A DNA stretch of 64,000 nt, taken from Carcharhinus amblyrhynchos. Its lineage: Eukaryota. The stretch covers positions 24,304,001 through 24,368,000 of the forward strand of contig OZ336871.1 of NCBI GenBank assembly GCA_965287045.1, written 5' to 3'. This document shows positions 24,993 through 36,673 of the stretch, one piece after another. Made by a program: the position numbers and the translations under genes. The notes under the pieces were generated by a model. It did not search any database. It saw nothing but the letters and a program-made list of their open reading frames with translations, and was not told the DNA's origin. How positions within the stretch are numbered: the first letter of the stretch is position 1; each line of letters starts with the position of its first letter.

Positions 24993-26736
24993 TGAATCTT
25001 TGATTGAACAGGCCTCCAAACCTGCATTCAAAATATTCTACACGGCATATGTTTAATTTGTTGAAGGCAGGTGTCAGGGCTGTAATGATGCAGAACAGAC
25101 AGAACTCGTTAAAAGGTTAATGGAAAAGAAAAGCTGACCCATGAAATGGTTCTGCCAGCTGGTCTTTACCCGTTTTGTGTCACCACTGAAGATCATTCCT
25201 ATCTGCCTAGTTTGGGGGAATATCAAGCCCACATACACAGGTGGAAGGATATCGATTGGCAGTGACTTCCAAAATGTGAAAATGACACACAAGCCAGAGA
25301 CGACAAATTGGCTGAAAGAGTTCTAGTAACAGCAGGAAGCTTTCGCATCTTGCTTGGATCAGCCGTAGAGTTCCCCCTTCCTTTGCAAATCTGAAATAAA
25401 TGCTTTCAGGCAGTGTGCTTACGTGTCTCATTACTGCATGGCCTATTCTGGGTAGTAGGTTGGGTTGAGACAATGAATCATAGGGTGGGAATGCTCGCCT
25501 ACCCCCCCCAACCCCTCCACCACACCTCAACCCCCAACACCCGAACCCCACCGTGGCATGGTTCCTGGTGGCAGAGACATCTCGTCATTGGCTCCGGAAG
25601 GACCATCCGGCCCTGTTGCTGACTATTGGATTTTGAATGAGGGTTGAAGGTGGGTCACTCTTGGCAGGACCCCGGAAAATCCCACCGCAGGAGGGACCGG
25701 AAAATGCCACCTCCCACATCCCCCCCCAACCCCCCCCCCCCCACCTATAGCTGTCAGGATTACTTGCTGCCCAGGTGTCTCAGGACACTGCAGTGTATTA
25801 ATTTTTCTTTTGGCAGGGTGGGTGGGTGGGGGGAGTTGGGGGGAGTAATATACAGTTAACTACAAAATTTCTCTCCCACAGGTTTCGAGAAATTGGAACC
25901 TGTGTGAGAGAGAAATGTGGGAATAGTTCTTTCAAAGAAATGGCATTGGTAGAACACACTGAATAGCTACTGTAAGATTCTATATAGATCTATAAGGGCA
26001 ACGGCAGCACCATTTCCCCAACTGATTGTACCTTCTCGTAATTACTTTGTTCGACATTGCAGATGTATTTTAGTCAGTTATTCGTTGAATAAGGTAGGGC
26101 CAGTTTCAATTTTTTAGTTCCTCGTGGCTCAGAATTTGATGGCATGAAGGTCTCTTATGTGACCCCATTAGTTAGAGTTTTTATCTCATCTTTCAGTTTG
26201 AAAATGTTTTGTCCGGCAAGTCACTGACACTGTGAACTGGAAAACAGTGCAGCGACCGTAACACCACATTTGGGACCTTATGAATGACAGCACCAATAGT
26301 CCATCTCCTCAAACAATGAAATTTAAGGATTTTGGAAGAACACATGAACCCCTGAGAAGGAATTAGAGTGGAAATGGAAATTAGAATGTGGAGTGGAAAG
26401 AATGAATTAAGATAGAGAAAAAAAGGAGGTAGAAGGGAAAAGTAAGATTTAAAAAAAAACTCTCACTTTGAAAAAAAATTTAAAAATCTCCAACAACAAT
26501 TTACTACCTGCAAGATCAAGACTATACACTTGAACTTGTTCCTGTTCAGGCCCACAGAGGTTAATTATCATTACAAGAAAATAAATGTTATCATTGATAA
26601 GGTAATTGGGTTCCAGCCTTAAATTTCTGTGGTGAGTTTAATTGACAATCAGTGTACAAGTGCCACAGTTTCATTAAACTTACAATGAGGTTGAGGGCAA
26701 GTGGTTATTTTTGTAAGGTAAGCAACATAGTAAAGT

Positions 26737-27050
26737 GAATCATAGAATCCCTACAGTACAGAAGGAGGCCATTTGGCCCAATCAAGTCTGTACTGACCAC
26801 AATCCCACCCAGATCCTATTCCTGTAACCCCATGCATTTACCTTGCTAGTCACCCTGACTGTAGGGTCAATTTAGCGTTGCCAATCAACCTAACCCGCGT
26901 ATCTTTAGACTGTGGGAGGAAACTGCAGCACCCAGAGGAAACCCACACAGACAAGGGGAGAAGGTGCAAACTCCACACAGACAATGACTGAGGCTGCAAT
27001 TGAACCTAGGATCCTAGCCCTGTGAGGCAACAGTGTGAATCACTTTGCCA
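26737..27050 (-). mobile_element. HE1-type SINE
   Basis: Family match by eye. Confidence 0.85.
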
Positions 27051-27924
27051 CGTCAAGTAACTTATTGTGAATTGTTGTTGACAGGGTTTCTTTTCCTTGC
27101 CTCAAGTTCCTGCTTGATTTATGTTTTGTTGCTATGCTGGCATCAAAATCTGAGCCTTTATATTTCCCCAGTTCTATTTTGTTTAGGTTTTGATATATTT
27201 GGATAAAATGCAAGGTCTCCCTCACCTATTTCTGTCCTGTTTCTCCTCCTGTTTCTCTATTCCCTTCACTACAATCACACATCTAATTGCTATGTATCTA
27301 AGAGGGTGGTTTTGGTAGATGGAGCCACTCCACTGCATGTCAATCAGTTGTGTGGCCTTGTTCCCTCACTACCGCTGATGATTGGAGTGCATCCATCTAT
27401 CTCCTGCAGCTGTTACTTGAAAATCAATATGCATTCTAAGCTAATATGCCAAGGAACTTGGAAAGAGCACAACTGACATCAAGCCAAATGGTTGGAAAAC
27501 TTGAGATTAAGGACTGATTTTGTAGACAAGCATGGCATTAATCAAAATGTGTCAAGAAGGATGAAGTCAAGAACTTGCTTCAGGTCTGAAGGATACAACT
27601 GTTGTTCAGGAAGGTCTTTGTGATTTAACAAAGTCATGTGCTTCTAATGTTAAACATGTAATTACTGTTTCATAAGTCACGGTCATACAGGTGGGACCAA
27701 GATTTTGACAATAATAGTGCCAAATATCATGGAGTTGCTACAATCACTGCTGAGGCTCTGACAGGGATAACTTTTGATAAAGACCCTTCCCCGATTCAAA
27801 TCCTGATTTAGAACCTTTCCTCTTTCTGGGCAGAAACTTCCAGATCCCAGAGGGTGGGCTTGAGTGCAGGATCGGGAGGAATTTCACACAATTTGATGTG
27901 GCACCAATCCTGACAAGGCGAGGA

Positions 27925-28253
27925 TAGGGTGAATCAGGAGAAACTGTTTCCACTAGTTGAAGGGTCCAAAAATAGGGGCCATAACCTAAAAATTAGGGCC
28001 AAGCCATTCAGGAGAGACGTGAGAAAAGACTTTTACACGCAGAGAGTGGCGGATGTTTGGAACTCTCATCCTCAAACGATAGTGGATGCTGGTTCAATTC
28101 TTAGGTTTAAGTCTGAGATAGATAAATATTTATTGAGCAGGGCTATCAAGAGATATGGGCCTAGGGCAGGTACATGGAGTTAGGCCACAGGTCAGGCGTG
28201 ATCTTATTTAATACCAGAGCAGTAGGGCTGAATGGTCTATTCCTATGTTCCTA
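27925..28253 (+). mobile_element. CR1 LINE 3' fragment
   Basis: ORF 27929-28183 (LFPLV..S..RGHNLKI...FYTQRVADVWNS) with a cctatgttccta tail. Confidence 0.85.
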
Positions 28254-28286
28254 CTGGGCAATCTTCCATGAGGCTGGTCAGAACCT

Positions 28287-28610
28287 CATAGAATCTTCAT
28301 AGAATCCCTATAGTGCAGAAGGTGGCCATTCAGCCCATCAAGTCTGCACTGACCACAATCCTACCAAGGCCCTATTCCCGTAACCCCACATTTTACCCTG
28401 CTAATCCACTGATACTAGATTTAATTTACATGACCTAGCAACCTAACCTGCACATCTTTAGAATGTGGGAGGAAACCGGAGTATCCAGAGGAAATCCATG
28501 CGTACATGGAGAGAAGGTGCAAACTCCACTTAGACAGCGGGCCGAGGACAGAATCAAACCTGGGTCTCTGGCTCTGTGAAGCAGTGCCAACCACTGTGTC
28601 ACTGGGCTGT
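28287..28610 (-). mobile_element. HE1-type SINE
   Basis: Family match by eye. Confidence 0.85.
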
Positions 28611-29182
28611 CCTACAGAGATTAACTGTCTGGCAATGGTGGCGAGCTAATCAGAATAATTAAATGCCCAATCGTGGCATCACTAGGATGTTCCTGGCAGG
28701 GAGTGGGACCCCACTGAGGGCCAAGCCCAGCTAGTGTTTGGAACTGGCTCAAAGGCTGCTGGTTTTGGGTTCCTGCAATGCTCCTTGTAATCACCACCCC
28801 GCCAAAACTACTAGCGGCTGGAGCTGCTATCGCTGTCCTCCTGGGGAAGGGTTTCCCTTCATGATGGGTAACCCCTGCAGCTATGACCAGAAATTGTTTT
28901 TAACAAATCCAGGCACCTCAAGTTGGAGAGATGCTTGGGTTTCCCCTCCGAGAGTGACAGTGCCCAATTCTAGTGGTGGGGCTTTGAGAACCTTTGATTG
29001 GGATCCTCATGGACCTGTCTGCCATCTTTGATTAGATTGTAGTCCAAAAGGCAGCCTCCAGGAGGATGTCTGAGGCAGGTACTCTCAGAGAGAATAGGGT
29101 GAGGAACCAGAAATTGTCCCAACTCATGCTCAAATTTCTAAGAGCAGAAGGTTCCACCCTTCTAGAACAAGTATATTATGTG

Positions 29183-29650
29183 GGCACCATGGTGGCACTG
29201 TGATCAGCACTGCTGTCTCACAGCGCTAGGGACACGGGTTCGATTCCGAGCTTCGGTCACTGTCTGCATGGAGTCTACATGTTTCCCCATGTCTGCATGG
29301 ATTTCCTCCAGGTGGTCTGGTTTCCTCCCACACTATAAAGATGTGCTGGTTAGGTGCCATGCTAAATTCTCCCTCAGTGTCCCCAAAAAGGCACCGGAAC
29401 GTGGCGACTAGGGGATTTTCACAGTGAAAACAAAATACCGCAGATGCTGGAATCTGAAACAAAAACAGAAAAATGCTGGAAAAATCTAGCAGGCCTGACA
29501 GCAGCTGTGGGGAGAGAATAGAGCTGACGTTTCGAGTCTGGATGACCCTTCATCAGAGCTGAGAGGAAAGAGAATGGCATTAATCAAAATTTTCACAGTA
29601 CTTTCATTGCAGGGTTAATGTAAGCTTACTTGTGACTAATAAATAAACTT
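29183..29650 (+). mobile_element. Alternative-tail SINE split by a PLE terminal fragment (29426-29588)
   Basis: The 11-bp sequence ATTTTCACAGT is duplicated at 29415-29425 and 29589-29599. Confidence 0.85.
29522..29560 (-). ncRNA. Minimal type I hammerhead ribozyme motif (PLE-associated)
   Basis: Minus strand AGCT-CTGATGA-A-GGGTC-ATCCA-GACTC-GAAA-CG-TC-AGCT. Intact core, stems I and II, palindromic ACGT stem III and GUC cleavage triplet. Confidence 0.75.
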
Positions 29651-29756
29651 TTCTTTTAGATCAAGTGTCCACCTCTGATTTCTCAACCAATTTCCCACCA
29701 AATGCAGCAATGAAGGACCCCATTTATGAGGTAGTATTTCCCTATAATGGAGTTAT

Positions 29757-30560
29757 AATGGTGGCACAGTGTTTAGCACTGTTGCTTCACAGCACCAGGC
29801 ACCCGGGTTGGATTCCCGGCTTGGGTTACTGTCTGGAATTTGCACATTCTCCCCGTCTCTGTGTGGGTTTCCTCTGAGTGCTCCCGTTTCCTCCCATATT
29901 CTGAAAGACGTGCTGGTTAGATGCATTGACGCCAGGCTGTAGCAACTAGGGGCATTTCACACTAACTTCATTGCAGTGTTAATGTAAGCTTTACTTGTAA
30001 CTAATATTTTAATTAATGGTAACTGGGTTCGGAGGAAGAAAGGCAACATGAGGGAAGAGAAAGCAGCATGATAACACAAGATATGGAAAGGTTCCCCTCT
30101 GGTTCACAGACCTGTCCCTGAAGGTCCTGCAGCAAGCACTGAGGGCAAGGAGAGAAGCTGAAGGAGGGTAAGAGGAAGTCAACAAGGCTCATCAAGTTGT
30201 TGATTCAGTAAATAGCAGAGTCGGTGGTGAAGGGGGCCTGGATCCAGTCCAGTGCCTTCACAGGTTCAACGACTGCATGAGCCCCTCAGCTAATATCCAT
30301 CGTAAAATCATAGAACCATAGAATTCCTACAGTGCATAAAAGGGCCATTCAGCCCATCGAGTCTGCACTGACCACAATCCCACCTAATCCCCACAACCCC
30401 ACACTTTTACTCTGCTAATCCTCCAACACTAGGGACAATTTAGCATGGCCAATCCACCATAACTGGACTTTGAATTGTGGGAGGAAACCGAAGCACCTGG
30501 AGGAAACCCACGCAGACACAGGGGGAATGTGCAAATTCCACCCAGACAGTGATCCAAGTT
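29757..30560. mobile_element. Two SINEs (29757-30005 plus; 30306-30560 minus)
   Basis: HE1-family matches by eye. Confidence 0.8.
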
Positions 30561-30599
30561 GGTCATCTCCCGAGCATTCTTCTGACGGACATACCTTGC

Positions 30600-31620
30600 G
30601 ATCACTCCTATTACCTAACAGCCCCCTTGTCAAATTTTAATTTCAACAGATGCCACTCACCCATAACCTGGAGCCACCTTGCTCCCATCCTCAATGTCAC
30701 CCTTCTCAACTGTTCACCCTCCCACCTCAGCACCTCCCACACTTCTCACTCCTTGCCTTTCCTCATTGCAGGAGTGAAAAAAAAGCCCATGTCTTCAGAG
30801 TAAGGCACAGAACTGAGAGTGGAGACGCTGCCAAGGCTCGCCTGACAATGATGGAGGAGGAAATCTTTCATAAAAGCAGCGTGGGAATGGAACAACAGCC
30901 TAGAGACTTGGTCACAGCTTTAGATCATACACTGTCACTTGCCACTTTATTGGCAATGTGTTGAATCAATGTCACCAATATATTAAATGGACTCTGCCAC
31001 CTTGTTGCCTTATTGATCAGCACTGAGTTGTATCTTTTGTCTCCCATTGTTGATTTCCTAGTGTTGACAGAAGGGATAAGTGAGGAGGTCAAACGATGCT
31101 CAGAGGAGGACCAGCATTCTGAAGGTGCTCTGTCACATGACTCCTGTGCATCCTCCACCAGTGCAGCTACACCCACCAGATTTTCACTCATAAAGGGGTG
31201 GCACACGGTGAGGAACACACTGTAAATGAGCAGGAGTAGATGGTGGAGGCAGGAATAGCAGTGGAGAGACTCTGTCAGAGGGCTGAGGACACTCCAAATT
31301 CTGCTAAGCGGGACTACAAATGCTGAGCCTTGTGGGCTACCCACGAAACTTGTGGAACTGCAATGAGAAATGTGTGTGCATCTACCATAATGTCCCAAGG
31401 TAGTATGTAGCCTTGTACAGAAAATGGAGGACTCCATCTCTTGTATGAGTGTTGTGATGCCTCAGACATATGCACTGATGGTTATCTCCACTGCAAGGGT
31501 GTCTAACCTCATGGATAATCATCCCCAGCACTGAGTGGATGTCAGCCCATAGCAATGTCCAGGATGTGAGGGGTGATGGTGGGTGAAGTTCGGAGGCTGA
31601 GGGAAAATACCCCAGCTCTG
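30600..31620 (+). mobile_element. Decayed Harbinger Myb/SANT-like gene, downstream exon region
   Basis: After a ttgcag acceptor: EKKAHVFRVRHRTESGDAAKARLTMMEEE, matching the EK-AHN-RER--TGGG...LT--EE pattern. Confidence 0.5.
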
Positions 31621-34077
31621 CCTAAGCCACAAGCAGTGCCATAAAAGATCCAAGGAACCATTCTCATCTCCCTTGAACTGCCAAATTTCCTGAGGTCGCT
31701 ATAAAACCTAAAACAAAACAGATTAAATCAGAAACTGCTGACCTCTGGAAATGGCCAACTGACCAGTTACACTTCCCACTTAAACCTTCCGTACACACTG
31801 GGGTAGGCAGCCTGCCTCTTGCCCTGTCTATTACCATGTTGAACCTGAAAGTGAGGGTTTGGAAGTAGGCTTGCGTCAAGGTTCAGATTTAAAAAACAAT
31901 TAACATCTACTCCAGTCCTAAACCAGCACAAATGTGATTGAGAAATCACAAAGTGTGTTAACAACGGAAACAAATAACTCCATGTTGGAATTTACCAAAA
32001 GAATTGTGCCTTTTAACATCATGCCCAGGAAATTTGGATCCACTGAATGGCTCTACCATAAAAATTAGCCATTTGGCTTTTGCTCACATATGCATTTCCA
32101 GCACTTCGAGTTTTCCATCTTGGCTTTCTATAGTAATGTATAATTAGTCAGTCTTTGCTTTTGTTTCCATTTCTTCTCATACTCAACAGCTTTCTGCTAG
32201 TCCATTGAAAGTATTCTTCTGGAACATCCAATAAATTATTATTGCTTTCCTACGCCTAATCTGCTTCATAGCAAACTATAAGTTTTATATGTTGTCATGC
32301 TGACATAGTCTATTCCTGTATTGGCTGAGATTATTCATGAAGGCCTCACCTTCTCATCCTTGTCCCTTACTTGAGGTGTGGTGATCCTCAGGTTAAATCA
32401 CCACCAGTCAGCATTTGCCGTCAAAGGGGAGAACAGTCTCTGGTCAACTGGAACCGTGGCAAATTTATAGCCGCAAATTTATGGAAAATTGAGCACTTTA
32501 CTTTCTAAAAACAAAGTGGGGAATGGACAATCTGTGTTATAACAAGGTGGAGTTAAGTGGGTAGGGGAATTCCAGTGACCTCTCTCCTTCGCTGCAAAGT
32601 TACATGACAGTGCCCAAGAAGTAGTATACTTGTGCACCTTTACAGATTGTAAGTAGAAGAAAAGTTCATCACTTATGCGATTATCTTGTTTTGGAAAATA
32701 CGCACTGCAGGCCGGATGAAGAAGAAGGCCAGAACTCGGAGGAAACCCATGCAGACATGGGGGTAATGTGCAAACTCTACATGGACAGTCACCCAATATC
32801 AGTTTTGAACCTGGGTCCCTGGTGCTGTAAGGCAGCAGTGCTAACCACACGTCTGATGAAGGATCATCCAGACTCAAAACATTGGCTCTATTCTCTCTCT
32901 ATAGGTGCTGTCGGACCTGCTGAGATTTTCTAGCATTTCCTGTTTTTGTGTAGTTTCTTGTCTGAAGACATTCAATCTGAAGGGGTTAAGACAATCACCT
33001 TATTTGTTTCAGAAAAAGAAACATTTGATTTCAGTAATGTTTGCTGATGGTCTCAGGAGCGCAACCTTTTGTCCTTGGGAGTCAGTGAGGCAGTTTCTGA
33101 ATACACAATCCAGGTCATCTGACCTTTGCCAGCTGTCTTTGCAGCATCATGGCCATTTTTAAAAGAAAAAAAATCAATTTCAAAGTTCATATTTTGAAAG
33201 TTAGGCATTATGATATGTCTTTACCAGGTAGGGCATTCAAATGTCAATAACCTTTTGGACCATTCCTGAGAAGATGTTAAAAATGCAACAGATATCTCTG
33301 TGGATTTGGCAGCTACTGTTGTCAAAATGCTTGCAGAGATTAATGCACAATGGACACATGGATTGAGGGGTTGCAGAATGAGACTCCACTATTTGATCCT
33401 GAAGAAAAAACTTTCCATCACAAGGAGACGCAAAAGGCTGAGATTCAATTCCTATTGTGTGTCAATGTTAACATTATCGGGCCCATCTTTGTGGACAATG
33501 GCAACACCAATATCTGACGGAGACCAGCTTGTGAAAAGGAACACTTGATGAGCAGGCCTCTTCAGAGCACCCTAAGCCCAGTCAGTATGGGAACAAAGGG
33601 ACATAGAGGGAAAATATCCCTCCCAACAAAGGAAGAATCCTGCCAAGAAAGGTGAGTAATCATCCTGTCCACTGATCTGCAGAACCATGTCAAATTTGCA
33701 TTACGGGTGTGGGGGGTGTGCAGTTTGGGGCTCAAGTGGAGTAAAACCAGAAACCTGCTGTTGCAAGGAGTAAATCGCTGGTAATTCATCTCCAGAAACT
33801 TGCAACCACCATTTTCTTCAATGAACCAAAAGAAAGTCATCATGCCCGCAATGCTTCCAGCCTCCCACCCAAAAAAAATAAGAGTAATAGTGACATCTCA
33901 GCCCATGCTCTTTTGTAGTCATCTTTACTTGTACATTTGGGTCTTGTGTGAGTGGGTGCTGTTGCGATTACATTCAGTTGTTGAGAAATAAACATTTTTA
34001 CTTCCTTTTTAAATTTATGCCTGGTGTAATCTCCTGCAAGTCACAGCAGTCAAGGGATGAAAGCACTTCCTATTTAC

Positions 34078-34291
34078 TGTAATAAGTCTTCGGAGGCAGA
34101 GGTCCCTTCGCCAAAATCCCTTTAATTACAATTCCCACAGTAGTACACAGCGTGCTATCAGTCAGTGCTCTACTTTCGGGAGTGCCAGAGAAACTGACAC
34201 TCCCAGTCAAATACAAGGAAAAGACTCCCTGATTGGTCCATCAGTTGACTCCGCTGTCATATTCCAATAGACAAACTCAATGGCCTGATTA
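34078..34291. mobile_element. Second copy of the short LTR-like repeat
   Basis: Colinear with 17486-17690 (tgtaataag...gaggcaga...aactgacactcc...gcctgatta). Confidence 0.7.
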
Positions 34292-35374
34292 CCTTGCTGG
34301 GGTTAGTTGAGAGGCGGAAAAGGGAGAATCATCCGACTAGCTCTCACCAGTCCAAAACAAAGTATTCATTTTTATTTTTAAAAATACTGCACTGTTTGCC
34401 TCTTCTTTCTTTTCTTTACATCCATCAACCAGTGCACTAATCCCACCCCAGAGATTGGAAGGCAACATCTTTTTTTGCCTGCCACATAAAGATACCAGTC
34501 TTGAAACTTGATATATAATACCAATCAGTTTGTATTCCTCAATTTTAATTCAATTTTTAACTGACAATTGTGTTTTTTGTGCCTAATCTCAGGCCTGAGA
34601 TGATTGTTTGATAACTGTGGGTGTTTTAATAGATCTGGGATCCCATTCTGGATGTATATCTTATTGACATGTGTGATATTGGAAAGTCATCTGAGCTGTG
34701 AACCTGAGTTAGCAACAACATGGATCTGATAGATATTTGGATTACCCCAGTATGAAAACTATTCTTGTTGATCAGTGATGCATGACGCATATTTTTTGCT
34801 TTTCAATCTTTTACTTGAAATATAATGGGTATCCAAATTGGTCAAATAATTAATTCTAGCTGATGCTCCAATGGTCATTTCTTCTGCGACTCTTTCTGGA
34901 CGCAAGATTTATTAGTGAAACTGTTTTAACTCTGCTTTGGATTAGGATGATAAATTCTTCTCCATTTTTTGAACAGGAATTTATGAATAATAATTTCACT
35001 CCTAATATCTCTCCCATTTTATTATGGTAGTCCGTAAAAGCAATTTACGAGGGCATATTATTTTGTACGTCTCTGCTTGGAAGGAGAGTCGTCAGCAAAG
35101 TGCTGACCTTGATAGAAACATTCATTGGATGAAGTGTATAAAGAACAGATAGAATGCTGTATTCCAAAACTTGCTTGATGCTCAAATTAATTTGAATTTC
35201 ACTCCTTTGTGAACAAGCTGAATTTCTCCTTCCAGACAGTCAAACGAAAATCTTTTGAGAGTTTGAAGGAAAGAGTCTGCTTACAATGACACCCTTTCTT
35301 CTTGTAGATGTATGAACCAGAATTCTGTTCGTAGAGAGTTCTTTAGAACCAAAATCTACAAATCAGGAAACTTT

Positions 35375-35855
35375 CTGTTTTTTAACTCACTCGGTGTCAT
35401 GAGTTGGGCCAGCATTTATTGCCCATCCCTCATTGCCCTTGAACTGAGTGACTTGCTGGGCCATTTTAAGAGTCAACCACATTGCTGCGGGTCTGGCATT
35501 ACATGTAAGCCAGATCAGGTAAGGATGACAGATTTCTTTCCCAAAAAGCCTGAATGAACCAGATGGTTTTTACAACAATCAGCAATGGTTTCCTGTCATA
35601 GAATCCCTACTGTGCAAAAGAAGGCCCAAGGAGTCTGTACCGACCACAATCGCACCCAGGCCCAATTCCTGTAACCCCACATATTTATTCTGCTAATCCC
35701 CCTGACACTGGGTCAATTTAGCATGGCCAATCAACCTTACCCACACATCTTTGGATGTCATCCATTGCTTATTGAATTCCATTGCTTATTTAATTCCATT
35801 GCTTATTGAATTCAAATTTCACAATATATTGTGACAGGATTCAAACCTGGGACTA
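35375..35855 (-). mobile_element. Second tRNA-derived SINE family, with a nested HE1 3' half and a 17-bp triplication at about 35760-35812
   Basis: Homologous to 40745-41095 (plus) and 61510-62290 (minus). Confidence 0.65.
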
Positions 35856-36307
35856 TTTATTTGCTCTAGGGATAGAAGTGATTCTGTTCAGGCTAAATTT
35901 TATTGCCCATCCCTAGATGCCCTTGAGGAGGTGGTATTGAGTCTCCTCCTTGAACCACTACAATTTTATGTTGAATTTGCCCCCCGCCCTATTATAACTA
36001 AAGAATTCCAGGATTTTGACCCAACAACAACAAAGGAAAAGAAATTTGTCTGAAACATGGTCGTGAGTGACTTGGAGAACTTGGATGTGATGGGTATCTC
36101 ACGACTTCGTTGCTCTTGCACCTCCTGGCAATAGTGGATATAAGGAAGTGAGGCTGTACTGAAGTAACCACTGAAAAATAGGTTTAAGAACACAGATTTT
36201 GTGCAGTAACCTCAGAATAAGTATGGGATAGAATGCACACACATCCTGATGCATAGAATTTGACACCAGAACCGTTGATAGCCAAAAACCATGGCGGTAT
36301 TTAATGA

Positions 36308-36673
36308 AGTAAAAAGTTTGACAACACCAGGTTTCAGTCCAACCGATTTATTTGATAGTAAATTCACTAGCTTTCGGGTTAGCCCCTTCGTCAGGTGAAT
36401 GGAGAGTTCTGGCCTCAGACAGAGCATATAAAGCACAGACAGTTTACAATCTGTAAACTGTCTGTGCTTTATATGCTCTGTCTGAGGCCAGTCTGTAAAC
36501 TGTCTGTGCTTTATATGCTCTGTCTGAGGCCAGAACTCTCCATTCACCTGACGAAGGGGCTAACCCAAAAGCTAGTGAATTTACTATCAAATAAATCAGT
36601 TGGACTGAAACCTGGTGTTGTCAGACTTTTTACTGTGTTTACCCCAGTCCAACGCCAGCATATCCACATCATG
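36308..36673. mobile_element. Fold-back (palindromic) Penelope-derived element with two hammerhead cores
   Basis: Near-perfect inverted arms 36308-36448 and 36494-36634. Hammerhead cores at 36362-36400 (minus) and 36542-36580 (plus). Confidence 0.85.

Noticed and set aside
27130-27170. GGGGAAATATAAAGG on the minus strand as the cytokine promoter TATA box
   Set aside because: No leader-encoding ATG or splice donor follows it; a SINE lies directly downstream.
33228-33660. Coding-like plus-strand stretch between an AG and a gtgagt donor (possibly a DIRS-like remnant)
   Set aside because: It contains stops and frameshifts, and I could not assign a family with confidence.
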